Shown: positions 10,434 to 20,717 of the stretch, piece after piece
Layout: every line of letters begins with the position of its first letter
Numbering within the stretch: the stretch's first letter is position 1
Assembly (NCBI GenBank): GCA_963728565.1
Contig: CAVSLC010000023.1
Coordinates: 160,001 to 224,000 of the forward strand
DNA length: 64,000 nucleotides
Source of the DNA: an uncultured delta proteobacterium
GTDB lineage: Bacteria > Desulfobacterota > Binatia > UBA9968
Direction of reading: 5' to 3'
Made by a program: the position numbers and the translations under genes
Notes under the pieces: generated by a model
The model's input: the letters and a program-made list of their open reading frames with translations, nothing else
Database searches by the model: none
Told to the model about the DNA's origin: nothing

Positions 10434-11333
10434 ATGATCACTGTGGGCGCAGTTGTTCTCCTACTCTGTTTCTCAGGTTCGGCTGTCCATGCGACAGAGT
10501 CTTTTCCTCTGAGCTGGCCGGCGCGCCTCAAAATTCCGCGAGGTGAAATCGCCGAGTTAAAAATTTACGGCGAAGGCCTATCTTCGGTTGAAGCACGATG
10601 GGCCGAACAGAATCTGCCGTTCTATGCGCTTGCGCCAGGATTGTTTGCAGCAATCATAGGTGTCGATTTGGAAGCTAAACCGGGAGTATCTAAAATCACG
10701 ATCACCGCCACGAACGATGCCGGTAGGCAGCGACGCGCGGAAACGATCGTACAGACGCTGTCGAAAGCCTTTCGTCAGGAGTCGTTTACTGTGGCTTCAT
10801 CATTCGATCAGTTAAGTCCGGAGGCGCTCGAGCTAATTCGTAGCGAACGGGCAGATTTTGCGCTAGCGTTCTCGACGCCGGCGGCCGAACGTTTCTGGGA
10901 AGCTCCTTTCATCCGGCCAGTGCCGCAGGAATCCTCCTCTTCCTTTGGCTATCGTCGCATCATCAACGGAAAGCCGCGAGCGCCTCATAGCGGCGCGGAT
11001 CTGCGCGCTCCCATCGGTACCGAAGTGCTGGCGGCCAATCACGGCCGAGTCGTATTGACCGGAGACTATTTTTTCGCCGGTAAAAGCGTCGTTCTCGATC
11101 ATGGCCGCGGACTGTACACGATGTATTTCCATCTGTCCGAGCTCAAAGTTGATGCCGGCGCTATGGTGCGTCGTGGCGATGTGCTTGCTTTGTCGGGGAT
11201 GAGCGGACGCGTGACCGGGCCGCACTTACATTGGGCTGCGCGCTTGGGGAATGCTCGGGTTGACCCCATGGAATTGATTCAGAAAATTTCAGTCGGCCAA
11301 TCTCAACAAACCGAAAGCGCTATCGGCAACTAA
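10434..11333 (+). CDS. M23 family metallopeptidase, exported
   Basis: Signal peptide, HSGAD (HxxxD), YFHL and GPHLH (HxH). Confidence 0.88.
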   Translation: MITVGAVVLLLCFSGSAVHATESFPLSWPARLKIPRGEIAELKIYGEGLSSVEARWAEQNLPFYALAPGLFAAIIGVDLEAKPGVSKITITATNDAGRQRRAETIVQTLSKAFRQESFTVASSFDQLSPEALELIRSERADFALAFSTPAAERFWEAPFIRPVPQESSSSFGYRRIINGKPRAPHSGADLRAPIGTEVLAANHGRVVLTGDYFFAGKSVVLDHGRGLYTMYFHLSELKVDAGAMVRRGDVLALSGMSGRVTGPHLHWAARLGNARVDPMELIQKISVGQSQQTESAIGN

Positions 11334-11348
11334 TCAGACGGAGCAGGT

Positions 11349-11612
11349 ATGGCAAAGAAGGATCCGCAAGATTTGAAATTCGAAGATGCCATCGCAGACT
11401 TAGAGCAGGTGGTCGAGCAGTTAGAGTCGGGAGATCTTTCGCTGGAGGATTCACTGGCGGCTTTCGAAAAAGGTGTGGGATTGGTGCGCTACTGCAATCA
11501 AAAGTTGAGCGAAGTCGAAAAAAAAGTGGAATTGCTGGTAAAGGATAAGCAGGGCCACTTGCAGTTACAAGCATTTGGCAACGGCCCGGCGGACCCCGAG
11601 TCGGGCCAGTGA
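11349..11612 (+). CDS. xseB: Exodeoxyribonuclease VII small subunit
   Basis: FEDAIADLEQVVEQLESGDLSLEDSLAAFEKG. Confidence 0.95.
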   Translation: MAKKDPQDLKFEDAIADLEQVVEQLESGDLSLEDSLAAFEKGVGLVRYCNQKLSEVEKKVELLVKDKQGHLQLQAFGNGPADPESGQ

Positions 11613-11665
11613 GTTGGAACACGGCTGCAGACCCCAATTTCGAGTTACGCTAGAATTTGGCAAAT

Positions 11666-12406
11666 CTAAAACGACAACCGCCTTACTTTCTCCTCACAGT
11701 AGCGGATCAAGTCATTCTCGGACGCATAGCTGTCACGATTGATCGGCTCGCCAAAGCGCACATGTGCGTGCCAAGTTTTCCCCGAGCTGTACTGTAGACC
11801 TGTCGGGATAATCGGCAGTGATGCGCCCAGGCGGCGCTCAGCGGCACGGGCGATTGCGACGAATCCTCGCTTGAACGGTAAGAAGCCGTGGTTGTCGATC
11901 TTTGGCGTATAAGCCGGATCTATGTTCGGGTAGCCTTCAGGAAAAACTACGAGCAAGCGATTTTCTACGAGCAACTGCACCGAGTTCTTGAACGCCCTGC
12001 GCCGGTATCGCTCCACATCCGCGAGTGAGAATCCATTGTGAGAATGTCCGCCCCCGTCATTTTTGTGTAATAAGGCATCGGCTCGCAGGACCACAGGCCA
12101 TCGCGCCAGGCGCGTTAGCTGTGTCATCAGCGATTGCATGGCCGCATTTCGAACCCAGTCCAGCGTAACAAGAATATGAAATTGGCGCGGCATGGCAGCA
12201 AACAGCGCCAGACCATCGTACAGATGATGATAATGCCGGACGACAATAAGCGCAGGTCCATTCGCAGGGATGTGCCCGACGCCTGAAGAGATCGTCTGCA
12301 AGCGGCCGAACGCGACAGCACGGGCGATCAGTCGCATCGACTTTGCTGTTGCGGATTGAGCTACGGATCGCTGTGACACCATGCTTTGTTGTCTTGGAGT
12401 AGGCAC
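11666..12406 (-). CDS. PlsC-like acyltransferase, putative carotenoid glycoside acyltransferase
   Basis: HYHHLYD (HxxxxD) and VFPEG motifs; downstream of the GT2 gene in the carotenoid cluster. Confidence 0.7.
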   Translation of the reverse strand: MPTPRQQSMVSQRSVAQSATAKSMRLIARAVAFGRLQTISSGVGHIPANGPALIVVRHYHHLYDGLALFAAMPRQFHILVTLDWVRNAAMQSLMTQLTRLARWPVVLRADALLHKNDGGGHSHNGFSLADVERYRRRAFKNSVQLLVENRLLVVFPEGYPNIDPAYTPKIDNHGFLPFKRGFVAIARAAERRLGASLPIIPTGLQYSSGKTWHAHVRFGEPINRDSYASENDLIRYCEEKVRRLSF

Positions 12407-12409
12407 TGT

Positions 12410-13564
12410 TTAGCAAGTTTCTTTTGGCTCAAACATCCCAGCGCTTCTGCGAACATAGGAACGGCCGCGCCAGCTGTGTTTCCGTGATCGAGCGCTCTGG
12501 ATGAGCCGAACAGCCGCGGCGAAATCACAGAGCGGCGACAACCAGTAAGTCCAGGGCCGCTGATCATAGGCTCTGGCGGTGCCGAACAAAACTCCCACGC
12601 GTAGGGCTAAAAGAAGCGCATTGAGGGCGAAAATCAATCTCGGAGCGCCTATATTCCAAGCGAAAATCAGCATCGGCACGGGCACACCTTGGACAAAAAA
12701 CACTTCGAGCAGGCCCAGTGCCTGCCGCCAAGCGAAGTACTGATCGCGCATTGGCAGCGACCTTGGCCAGTTGCTCCAGGTTTCACGCCAATTGAGATAC
12801 ATGGATACTTCCGCCAGACCGTCGGTTTCATAAAAGCCGACCGCTTCGCCCCGTTCGACCAATCGACGCGCGATCGTGATATCCTCGCAGAGAGATGAGC
12901 GAGCGGCGGCAAAAGCTTGTGCGCCGAGTAGAGTCTCCCTAGGGCTAAAGAAACACTGTCCATTGGCTTGTACTTGATGAACCTTTTGATAAGCGCGGCC
13001 GGGTTGCCCGAAACGGTAAACCAAAGTCGTTAATAGAGGAGGGTGGATCAATGCTTCCAATGTCCCCGATAGATGCTGACGGGTGGCTACCGAAAATGTC
13101 GATACTCCAGAGCGCGCCGCATGGCTTATCAAGGAGCGAGCTAGTTTCGGGGAGACTCGCACATCGGCATCGATACAAAGAATCCACTGGTTCGCCGGAT
13201 TGGAGCGAGCGAGACCGAAGTTGAGATTCCAGGCCTTGCCTATCCAGCCCGCCTCGGCGGGGCTGGCATCAATCCATTGCACGCGACCATCGTGCAGGTG
13301 ATAAAATTCAGTGATGGCTCGGGTCGCATCAGTGGATCCGCCATCAATTACCAAAATCTCGGCCACTTCATCGGGTTGAGCGATGAGGGATTCCAGGCAA
13401 TTTGCGATGCGCGTTGCTTCGTTGAGGACTGGTAGGAGTATAGTGATGCGCGCCGATGAGGGCTGATGGGATGTTTCAACAAGCCTGCATTGCGAAGTTT
13501 TCGACATGCGAAAAAATACTCGCGCTGCAAGTATCGTCTGCAATAAGCCCAGCAACAAAAACAA
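12410..13564 (-). CDS. Family 2 glycosyltransferase, putative hydroxycarotenoid glucosyltransferase (CruC/CrtQ-like)
   Basis: PVLNEA, DGGSTD, GWIGKAW, DAD, ANGQC, LCED, WRGR. Confidence 0.8.
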   Translation of the reverse strand: MFLLLGLLQTILAARVFFRMSKTSQCRLVETSHQPSSARITILLPVLNEATRIANCLESLIAQPDEVAEILVIDGGSTDATRAITEFYHLHDGRVQWIDASPAEAGWIGKAWNLNFGLARSNPANQWILCIDADVRVSPKLARSLISHAARSGVSTFSVATRQHLSGTLEALIHPPLLTTLVYRFGQPGRAYQKVHQVQANGQCFFSPRETLLGAQAFAAARSSLCEDITIARRLVERGEAVGFYETDGLAEVSMYLNWRETWSNWPRSLPMRDQYFAWRQALGLLEVFFVQGVPVPMLIFAWNIGAPRLIFALNALLLALRVGVLFGTARAYDQRPWTYWLSPLCDFAAAVRLIQSARSRKHSWRGRSYVRRSAGMFEPKETC

Positions 13565-13576
13565 TTTGAGCTCCTA

Positions 13577-14404
13577 CTAATCTTTCTGCGTCGACTTGCG
13601 CGGCGAGCCCCGCAAGGTTTCGCAAATACTGTCCTGTGGGATAGCGATGATCGTGAACCGGCTTGCGCCGGGATCGGGGACGATTTCCGGAGAGCGATTC
13701 AAGAACCCCGGCCAAGCGCCAAGGACCCGGTGTTCGAAGCTGCGCACCTCGATGCTGCCCTCGACTCTTCCTGGTCCAGTGATACGGCCGTTGAGAATCG
13801 AGTGACCTCGCTGGACTACATACAATTCTCCGTCTGGCAGTAGCGGCACGGAAATTTTCAGGGTCGCGGCCGGATGCCCGTCACCATCCCAATCATAAAC
13901 TGAAGGGTCATTTAACTTCGTCGGCAAATTCGGTTCGCTCGAACTCGGCTTGTAGCCGATTCGTTCAACTCCTAGATCCGCTCGATAGCGCCATCCTTGA
14001 CCGTCTTTCTCAACTTGGATGGGATAGGAGTGTTTGGCCAATGCGGCAACGAACTTGTCGGGGAATATCATCTTGATCATCGCCGAGTCTTGGAGCACAT
14101 GAAAGTCGCATACTTCGTGGCGCTGCAGTAACCCGGTTTGATCGCTTTTAACCTCGATTAATGAAACCGACCTGGAAGCGGATTTGGACACGCCAAAAAT
14201 CGGCACGCGTGCCACCGATGCCAAAATCATTTCGAGACGATACACGCCGGGCGGCAGGGGATTGTCGTCTTGTGCCGCGGAAACGCCGCTCAAAAACATC
14301 AAGCTGCTTAGTAATACCAAGCATCGGCCAATGCACCGTCGGGCGGTTTCCATCCTGCCTTTTGGCTCCGTGTTCGTAACGCTGTCCTGCCCCAGGGGAA
14401 TCAT
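13577..14404 (-). CDS. Hypothetical exported protein
   Basis: 275 aa ORF co-oriented with the GT and acyltransferase. Signal-peptide-like segment ending SAAQ and an acidic DWDGDGHP loop. Confidence 0.6.
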   Translation of the reverse strand: MIPLGQDSVTNTEPKGRMETARRCIGRCLVLLSSLMFLSGVSAAQDDNPLPPGVYRLEMILASVARVPIFGVSKSASRSVSLIEVKSDQTGLLQRHEVCDFHVLQDSAMIKMIFPDKFVAALAKHSYPIQVEKDGQGWRYRADLGVERIGYKPSSSEPNLPTKLNDPSVYDWDGDGHPAATLKISVPLLPDGELYVVQRGHSILNGRITGPGRVEGSIEVRSFEHRVLGAWPGFLNRSPEIVPDPGASRFTIIAIPQDSICETLRGSPRKSTQKD

Positions 14405-14566
14405 TTCGACTTGTACCCGATCGAAATTCGATGCGCTAAGCTGTCGATTCGTTCAGGTGGACGTTCTTCATAGACAGATGAGTCAGATTGAAGCTCCCGA
14501 CCGAACGACAGCCCAATTGCACGCACATGGCTTCTTGAGGAGCATTGCCCGCTTAAAATTAGAAAA

Positions 14567-15043
14567 TTACAAACCGTTGCCGAGTCTTTTTTCATCCCGC
14601 GGATTAAAGATGGTTTTTAAAGCCGTATGACGGTACTTAAAGATTCGATCCAGATCCGGTGCGACGAAAAATCTATTCACCAGAGCACCGCCGAAAACCG
14701 AGTAACGGACGTGATCGTTAACTAAAGTGCCGCCCTGCTGCTCAAAGAAGGTATGTTCATGCTCCCAAAACTGATAGGGGCCTTTAGTCTGCCGGTCGAC
14801 AAATCGGTGCGGCGGATTCCAAACGCTAATCTCACTTTGCCATTTAATCGGTACGCCGTGAATGCGCAAGCGGTAGTTCAGCCGTGCTCCTGCTCGCATT
14901 ATTGGCGGGGCTTCGCTGATGATCTCGAACCGGAGCCAGCCGGGCGTGAGCCGTTCAAGATTTCTCGGGTCGGCGAAGAACTGAAAAATCTCAGAGCGCG
15001 ATTGAGGCAGCCATAGCTCGGTTCTTAGGTGATGGATTTTCAT
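14567..15043 (-). CDS. SRPBCC (START-like) family protein
   Basis: FFADPRNLERLTP and FVDRQTKGPYQFWEHEHTF. Confidence 0.8.
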   Translation of the reverse strand: MKIHHLRTELWLPQSRSEIFQFFADPRNLERLTPGWLRFEIISEAPPIMRAGARLNYRLRIHGVPIKWQSEISVWNPPHRFVDRQTKGPYQFWEHEHTFFEQQGGTLVNDHVRYSVFGGALVNRFFVAPDLDRIFKYRHTALKTIFNPRDEKRLGNGL

Positions 15044-15210
15044 GCCCTTCGCCAGGCAGGTCGATCAAAGTTGCCGGAGCATCAGCCTTTGAATCTCACT
15101 TACCAAATCATGCCGCGACCTTTCCTTTTCCTCCCGGTTTAGGTCTAATTATCTCCGAATGTTTCTTAATGCTGAATTTCTATGTTGACTATTCAATACA
15201 TTCATCGATC

Positions 15211-15234
15211 TAAAGTCAACTATACTTGACTTTA
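15211..15234. promoter_or_regulatory. Perfect palindrome in the divergent promoter of the carotenoid cluster (candidate operator)
   Basis: TAAAGTCAA-CTATAC-TTGACTTTA, with an extra TTGACT half-site at 15185. Confidence 0.6.
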
Positions 15235-15261
15235 CAAGAGGAAATGATGAGAGTAGTTCAG

Positions 15262-16168
15262 ATGAAAATTGTGATAACTGGCGCCAGCGGCTTCATCGGA
15301 TCTCTTCTCGCCGATCATCTCTGGAGGCAGCGTCATCATCTCATTTTAATAAGCCGTAAACCTCCTCGAGAATCCAATGTCACTCAACAGGAGTGGGTTT
15401 TTTGGGTGCCCGGCGAATCCGGTGAATGGGAAGAGGCCATTGATGGTGCGGATGGCATAGTTAATCTCGCAGGCGAGCCAATCGCGGCCAAGAGATGGAG
15501 CGATGTGCAGAAGGAGAAAATTAGGGTTAGCCGGGTTGAGACCACTAGGGCTTTGGTCAACGCCATTGCTAGGACCAAACAGAAACCAAGATTTTTCATC
15601 AGCTCCTCTGCGGTAGGTTATTACGGCGGTCGCGGTGATGAAATCGTTACCGAAGAAACTGCCCCGGGGAGTGATTACTTGGCGCGAGTCTGTGTTGATT
15701 GGGAAAGAGAGGCGAGAAAGGCCGAATCGTATGGTATACGCGTCGCCCTAGTAAGAACAGGGATCGTGCTCGATAAAGGACAGGGCGCGCTAGCAAAAAT
15801 GGTCGTGCCGTTTAAGTTGTTTGTCGGCGGTCCTTTGGGGTCGGGGAATCAGTGGATGCCTTGGATTCATATTGAAGACCAAATCCGCTTACTGTTGTTT
15901 CTAATCGAAAACCAAAATGCTCGGGGTCCTTTCAATGCCACGGCTCCGAATCCGGTAACCATGACCGAATTTTGCAAAACGATGGGCGCGGTTCTTAACC
16001 GGCCCTTCGTGGGCGACTGTCCCGGGCGGTGTATTGACTCTGCTGCTCGGCGAGATGGCCGAGATGCTGCTAAACGGTCAACGTGCTGTGCCGCAGGCCG
16101 CCACGAACCTCGGTTATGAATTTAAGTATAACAATCTGCTGCCGGCTCTGGAGTCCTTGCATCTTTGA
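15262..16168 (+). CDS. TIGR01777/YfcH-family NAD-dependent epimerase, frameshift near 16005
   Basis: ITGASGFIG, NLAGEPI, SAVGYYG, GSGNQWMPWIH. C-terminus (GEMAEMLLNGQRAVP) continues in another frame. Confidence 0.85.
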
Positions 16169-16175
16169 AACGCTG

Positions 16176-17076
16176 ATGAGCGCAGTAAACGAATATCAGA
16201 CTGGTCAACGACAGCAGCTTTATGTTCGAGCCCTGTTGAACGGTGACGATGAGGCTGCGTTTCAGATCATCAATCAGTTGCTGCTGGCGCGGCGGCCGCC
16301 CGTCGATGTTTACTTAAATCTGATCACCCCCGCATTGATCGAGATAGGTCAGCTTTGGTGTGACGGAGAGATCGGTGTGGGCCTGGAAAAACTTGCCTCT
16401 CATCTTGTGCTGAAGCATATGGACCGACTGCGAGGACATGCACAGCAGCGAGAGGCCACGGTTGCCGCAACGTATCCTGGTTGCATGTGTGGAAGGGGAA
16501 CTGCATTGCATCGGCGCCCGGATGGTGGCTGACTTGTTGGATATTGAAGGATGGTCGGTGGACTTTCTCGGAGCCGACGTTCCCACGCCGTCATTGATCG
16601 AGACAATCAAAATTCGACGACCGCACTTAGTGGCACTCTCTGTCAGGACGTCGAGCGGTCTCGCTCACGCACGCCGTGTGGTAGGAGAATTCAGGACGAT
16701 GGCGGATGCGCCAAAGATTCTTTTGGGTGGGCAGGCAATGATACGAAATGAGTGGCCGTCAGACGCAACATGCGCAGTTGCTCGTAACGCCCTCGAAGGA
16801 GTGCAGCTTGCCGGCAAGCTGCTGAAAGCCGGGCGGCCTAAAGCTGTATTGAAGGAATACCTGATCGGATTGGGTCGCGGAGTGCGCGACTTGCGCAACA
16901 AAAAGGGTTGGACCCAAGAGCAATTAGCCGAATCGGCGCGCCTTACGCGTGTTTCCATCGTCGCCATCGAAGGCGGAAAACAGAACATTTCAATGGATGT
17001 GGTACTGCGTCTGGCGAATTCATTGGGGACTTCGCCGGAAGATCTACTATCGAGCCACAACATCTTCCGGTCTTAA
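16176..17076 (+). CDS. Cobalamin-binding transcriptional regulator (CarH/LitR-type B12 module plus C-terminal XRE/Cro HTH), frameshift near 16437
   Basis: Helical cap IGQLWCDGEIGVGLEKLAS, Rossmann GELHCIG (ExHxxG)...LGADVP...VALS, then LRNKKGWTQEQLAESARLTRVSIVAIEGGKQN. Confidence 0.75.
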
Positions 17077-17086
17077 GGGAGGATTC

Positions 17087-18205
17087 TTGAAAAACTTAAG
17101 CCTCAATTTGTCGAACGAGGTGTCGGCTGAGCGGATTTTCTCGGACCAGGCGAAAAATCAGGAGCAGCGGAATATAGGTCGAGAAGGACTGCGCAGCATG
17201 TTGCCCAAGACTGAACGCATGGCGGAACTGCTCGGTTTGGATGACCCCTCGATTGTCCAGGATATTCTTCGTGGCGCTTTAATTGACCCACTCGCCGAAG
17301 CGACTTCGACCCGTGGTAAACGCATACGCGGACAGTTGGTGACGTTGGGCTACCGTCTCGTTAGCGACACTCCAGCCTGCGTTCTTGCCACCAAACAGTG
17401 CGGCTGGTGCGCCGCTATAGTCGAATTGATTCATACAGGATCCCTGGTTATCGACGATATCGAGGATGGCAGCAGTGTGCGCCGGGGCCGTCCGGCACTG
17501 CATCTTCAATTTGGTGTCCCGATCGCGGTGAACGCAGGCAACTGGCTCTACTTTTGGCCATTCGAATTGCTTCGTGAAACCGAACTGCCGGTCGATAAAA
17601 TTTTTTACCTCTATGAGCATTGTCATCGAACTCTGCTGCGCGCCCACTTTGGGCAGGCGGTTGATTTGGGCGCCCCGGTTAGATCCCTGCCCCAGCACCG
17701 GGTTGCACCAGTTTGCCTGGCATCGATGAAACTCAAGACCGGCGCATTGATGGGCTTTGCCACCATTCTGGGCGGCGCCATTGCACGAGCATCGGAAGGT
17801 GCCTTGTCGATTCTGGATCAGTTCGGGCAGGACCTCGGCGTCTCGCTGCAGATGTTCGACGATTTGGGTAATCTCATCGGTAAATGCGAACCGGCCAAGC
17901 GGTATGAAGATCTTAGATTGTCTCGACCCTCATGGGTCTGGGCATGCGCCGCAGACAGCAGCACTCGAGAGCATACGCAGAGTTCTGTACCGCAGTCGGT
18001 AGTTTACCGGATGCGCATAAACTGGAGTCATGGTCTGAGGCGCATAACCTTACAGAACGGGTCCGTCTCTATGCCCGAGGTTATTTGGACAGCCGCGTTT
18101 CGACAGTTAAAAGAGCGCCTTGACAGCGCCAACGTACATTGGTCGAAACGTGCTTTTGAAGATCTACGAGAACTCGGCGAGGAGATCGCAGTTGCCTATG
18201 GATAG
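17087..18205 (+). CDS. crtE: Polyprenyl (GGPP) synthase, with possible compensating frameshifts ~17970-18095
   Basis: GKRIR, DDIED..RRG, GQAVD, KTGAL, QMFDD. Overlaps the crtI start; TTG start behind GGGAGG. Confidence 0.78.
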   Translation: MKNLSLNLSNEVSAERIFSDQAKNQEQRNIGREGLRSMLPKTERMAELLGLDDPSIVQDILRGALIDPLAEATSTRGKRIRGQLVTLGYRLVSDTPACVLATKQCGWCAAIVELIHTGSLVIDDIEDGSSVRRGRPALHLQFGVPIAVNAGNWLYFWPFELLRETELPVDKIFYLYEHCHRTLLRAHFGQAVDLGAPVRSLPQHRVAPVCLASMKLKTGALMGFATILGGAIARASEGALSILDQFGQDLGVSLQMFDDLGNLIGKCEPAKRYEDLRLSRPSWVWACAADSSTREHTQSSVPQSVVYRMRINWSHGLRRITLQNGSVSMPEVIWTAAFRQLKERLDSANVHWSKRAFEDLRELGEEIAVAYG

Positions 18206-19733
18206 AGTCTCTGCCGCTGTCATCGGCAGCGGTTTCGGCGGGCTCGCCCTAGCCATCCGTTTGCAAGCAGCCGGTTGTCGCACGGTAATCTTTGAAAAAC
18301 GCGATCAGCCAGGAGGCCGGGCGTATGTTTATCGCGACCAGGGGTTTACGTTCGATGCCGGACCAACGGTGATTACAGCTCCCGATTGTTTAACAGAGCT
18401 TTTTACCTTGGCAGCAAGATCAATGGCTGATTATGTCACGCTGCTGCCGGTTAAACCTTTTTATCGTCTATTCTGGCAGGACGGTTTTAGCTTCGATTAT
18501 TCGGCCGATCTGGCCGATGTCGAGCGACAGATCGCCAGCAAAGCACCGGGGGATCTGCACGGTTACAGGAGCTTTCTGAGATATTCCGAGAGAGTTTTCG
18601 AAGAAGGATATGTGAAGCTGGCGCATGTGCCATTTCTGGATTGGTCGAGTATGGCGAAGGTAGCGCCGCAACTGCTCCGGCTCAAAGCTTATCGATCGGT
18701 GCATAGTATTGTCGCCAAGTTTATTCAAGATCCGCATCTTCGACAGCTTTTTAGCTTTCACCCTCTGCTCGTCGGCGGCAATCCGTTTACCACCACGTCG
18801 ATCTATACGTTAATTCATTGTTTGGAACGGAAATGGGGCGTGTTTTTCCCCAGAGGCGGCACCGGCGCACTCGTGCAGGGAATGCTGAAGCTGTTTCAGG
18901 AATTGGGCGGGAGAATTCGATTGGAGTCGGAGGTATCCGAGATTCTAACCCGCGGCAATCGTGTTGTCGGGATCGCGACCAAAACCGGCGAGAAACACGA
19001 GTGTGATTTAGTGGCCAGTAACGCCGATGTGGTTCATACCTACGATCGCCTTCTGCGTCGCGAGCCGAAAATCCAGCGCACGCGCAAAAGATTGGCCGCC
19101 ATGTCTTACAGCATGTCGTTGTTTTTGATCTACTTCGGTACGCGTCGCCAGTATTCAAACCTGCAACACCACAACATCATCTTTGGACCGCGTTACCGGG
19201 AGCTTCTGAAGGACATATTCCGCCGCGGTCGGTTGGCAGATGACTTCTCGCTTTACCTGCATGCGCCGACACGATCCGATCCGTCGCTGGCGCCGCCGGG
19301 TTGCGAAGCCTTCTATGTGCTATCTCCCGTGCCTCATTTGGGCAAGCTGTCGGTGGACTGGAGCGTGGAAGGGCCGCGTTATGCCGAGCGAATCCTAGAG
19401 TATCTTGAGCGGCATTACATTCCAAACCTGCGCAATGAGATTGTCACGCAACGGATTTTTACTCCGCAGGATTTTCACTCAGAGCTGAATGCCCATTTTG
19501 GATCGGCGTTTTCACTGGAACCTCGTTTGATGCAGAGTGCGTATTTTCGGGTTCAGAATCGTGACGCAAATCTCATCGGCTTGTATCTTGTCGGCGCCGG
19601 GACCCATCCCGGGGCAGGAATTCCCGGCGTCGTAAACTCTGCCAAGGCCACCGCCGGGCTTATTCTGGATGACATCAGAAAAGCTGTGTTAGTGCGCAGT
19701 TCCAACCAGGTGCAGAGATTATCCTATGCCTGA
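18198..19733 (+). CDS. crtI: Phytoene desaturase
   Basis: IGSGFGGLA, FDAGPTVIT, LYLVGAGTHPGAGIPGV. Confidence 0.95.
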   Translation: MDRVSAAVIGSGFGGLALAIRLQAAGCRTVIFEKRDQPGGRAYVYRDQGFTFDAGPTVITAPDCLTELFTLAARSMADYVTLLPVKPFYRLFWQDGFSFDYSADLADVERQIASKAPGDLHGYRSFLRYSERVFEEGYVKLAHVPFLDWSSMAKVAPQLLRLKAYRSVHSIVAKFIQDPHLRQLFSFHPLLVGGNPFTTTSIYTLIHCLERKWGVFFPRGGTGALVQGMLKLFQELGGRIRLESEVSEILTRGNRVVGIATKTGEKHECDLVASNADVVHTYDRLLRREPKIQRTRKRLAAMSYSMSLFLIYFGTRRQYSNLQHHNIIFGPRYRELLKDIFRRGRLADDFSLYLHAPTRSDPSLAPPGCEAFYVLSPVPHLGKLSVDWSVEGPRYAERILEYLERHYIPNLRNEIVTQRIFTPQDFHSELNAHFGSAFSLEPRLMQSAYFRVQNRDANLIGLYLVGAGTHPGAGIPGVVNSAKATAGLILDDIRKAVLVRSSNQVQRLSYA

Positions 19734-20679
19734 AGCAATGTCGCCGAGAGTCAAAGCGGCGTTGGACGAATGCCGCTGGATGATCACCAAAGGTTCGAAA
19801 AGTTTTTCGCTCGCAGCTCGGCTTTTTGATTCGGGCACCAGGGATGCGGCGTTTTTTCTTTATGGCTGGTGCCGTTACTGTGATGATCAGGTGGATCGGG
19901 CGGGAATGGAGGAGAGCCGCGAACAACTTGAACAGCGCCTAGCCAAGCTCTCTGAGGCCACTCGGTCGGTCTTTTCTGGCGCCGCTCAGGATCAAGCGGT
20001 ATTTATCGCGATGCAGTACATCGTCCAACGCTATTCGATTCCAGCTCATTATGCGTTGGAACTAATCGAAGGAATGGCGATGGATGCTCGTGGTACCCGG
20101 TACCAGACATTTAATGATCTTGCACTTTATTGTTACCGCGTGGCCGGAACCGTCGGATTAATGATGTCTCACGTGATGGGGCTGCGCGATGAGCAGGCGC
20201 TTAAGCACGCAGCAGACCTTGGAATTGCAATGCAGCTTACCAACATTGCCCGGGATATTACCGAAGACGCATCAATGAGGAGAATATATCTGCCTTTGAA
20301 ATGGTTAGAAGAAGCAGGTGTAGAGCCGGAAGAGATCGCCGCGGTAAAAAATCGCCCAAAACTGGCGCTAATAACGAAGCGGCTCCTTCAGGAAGCGGAA
20401 CGGTATTATCTTTCAGGAGATGCCGGCTTGTGGCACTTGTCGTTTCGTTCCGCTTGCGCCGTTGCGGCGGCGCGGCATGTTTATGCCGAAATCGGTTCAC
20501 TTCTTCTGCATAAAGGGCCGTCGGCTTGGGACCAGCGGAGCTATGTTACGGGCGCGCGTAAACTTTGGGTCATACTCTTCGGGGTGCTTCACGTAATCAC
20601 TTCTATCCCGGCTCGATTGATGCGGCCATGGTCTGCCGCGCCAATTCATCGGGTCTGGCGGCATTCAGAACTCAGGTGA
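19726..20679 (+). CDS. crtB: Phytoene synthase
   Basis: GSKSF, CRYCDD, YCYRVAGTVG, MQLTNIARD, RIYLP. Confidence 0.95.
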   Translation: MPEAMSPRVKAALDECRWMITKGSKSFSLAARLFDSGTRDAAFFLYGWCRYCDDQVDRAGMEESREQLEQRLAKLSEATRSVFSGAAQDQAVFIAMQYIVQRYSIPAHYALELIEGMAMDARGTRYQTFNDLALYCYRVAGTVGLMMSHVMGLRDEQALKHAADLGIAMQLTNIARDITEDASMRRIYLPLKWLEEAGVEPEEIAAVKNRPKLALITKRLLQEAERYYLSGDAGLWHLSFRSACAVAAARHVYAEIGSLLLHKGPSAWDQRSYVTGARKLWVILFGVLHVITSIPARLMRPWSAAPIHRVWRHSELR

Positions 20680-20717
20680 TCTGGGAGAAATATTAATCGT
20701 AGCAGGGAGATTGCCCG

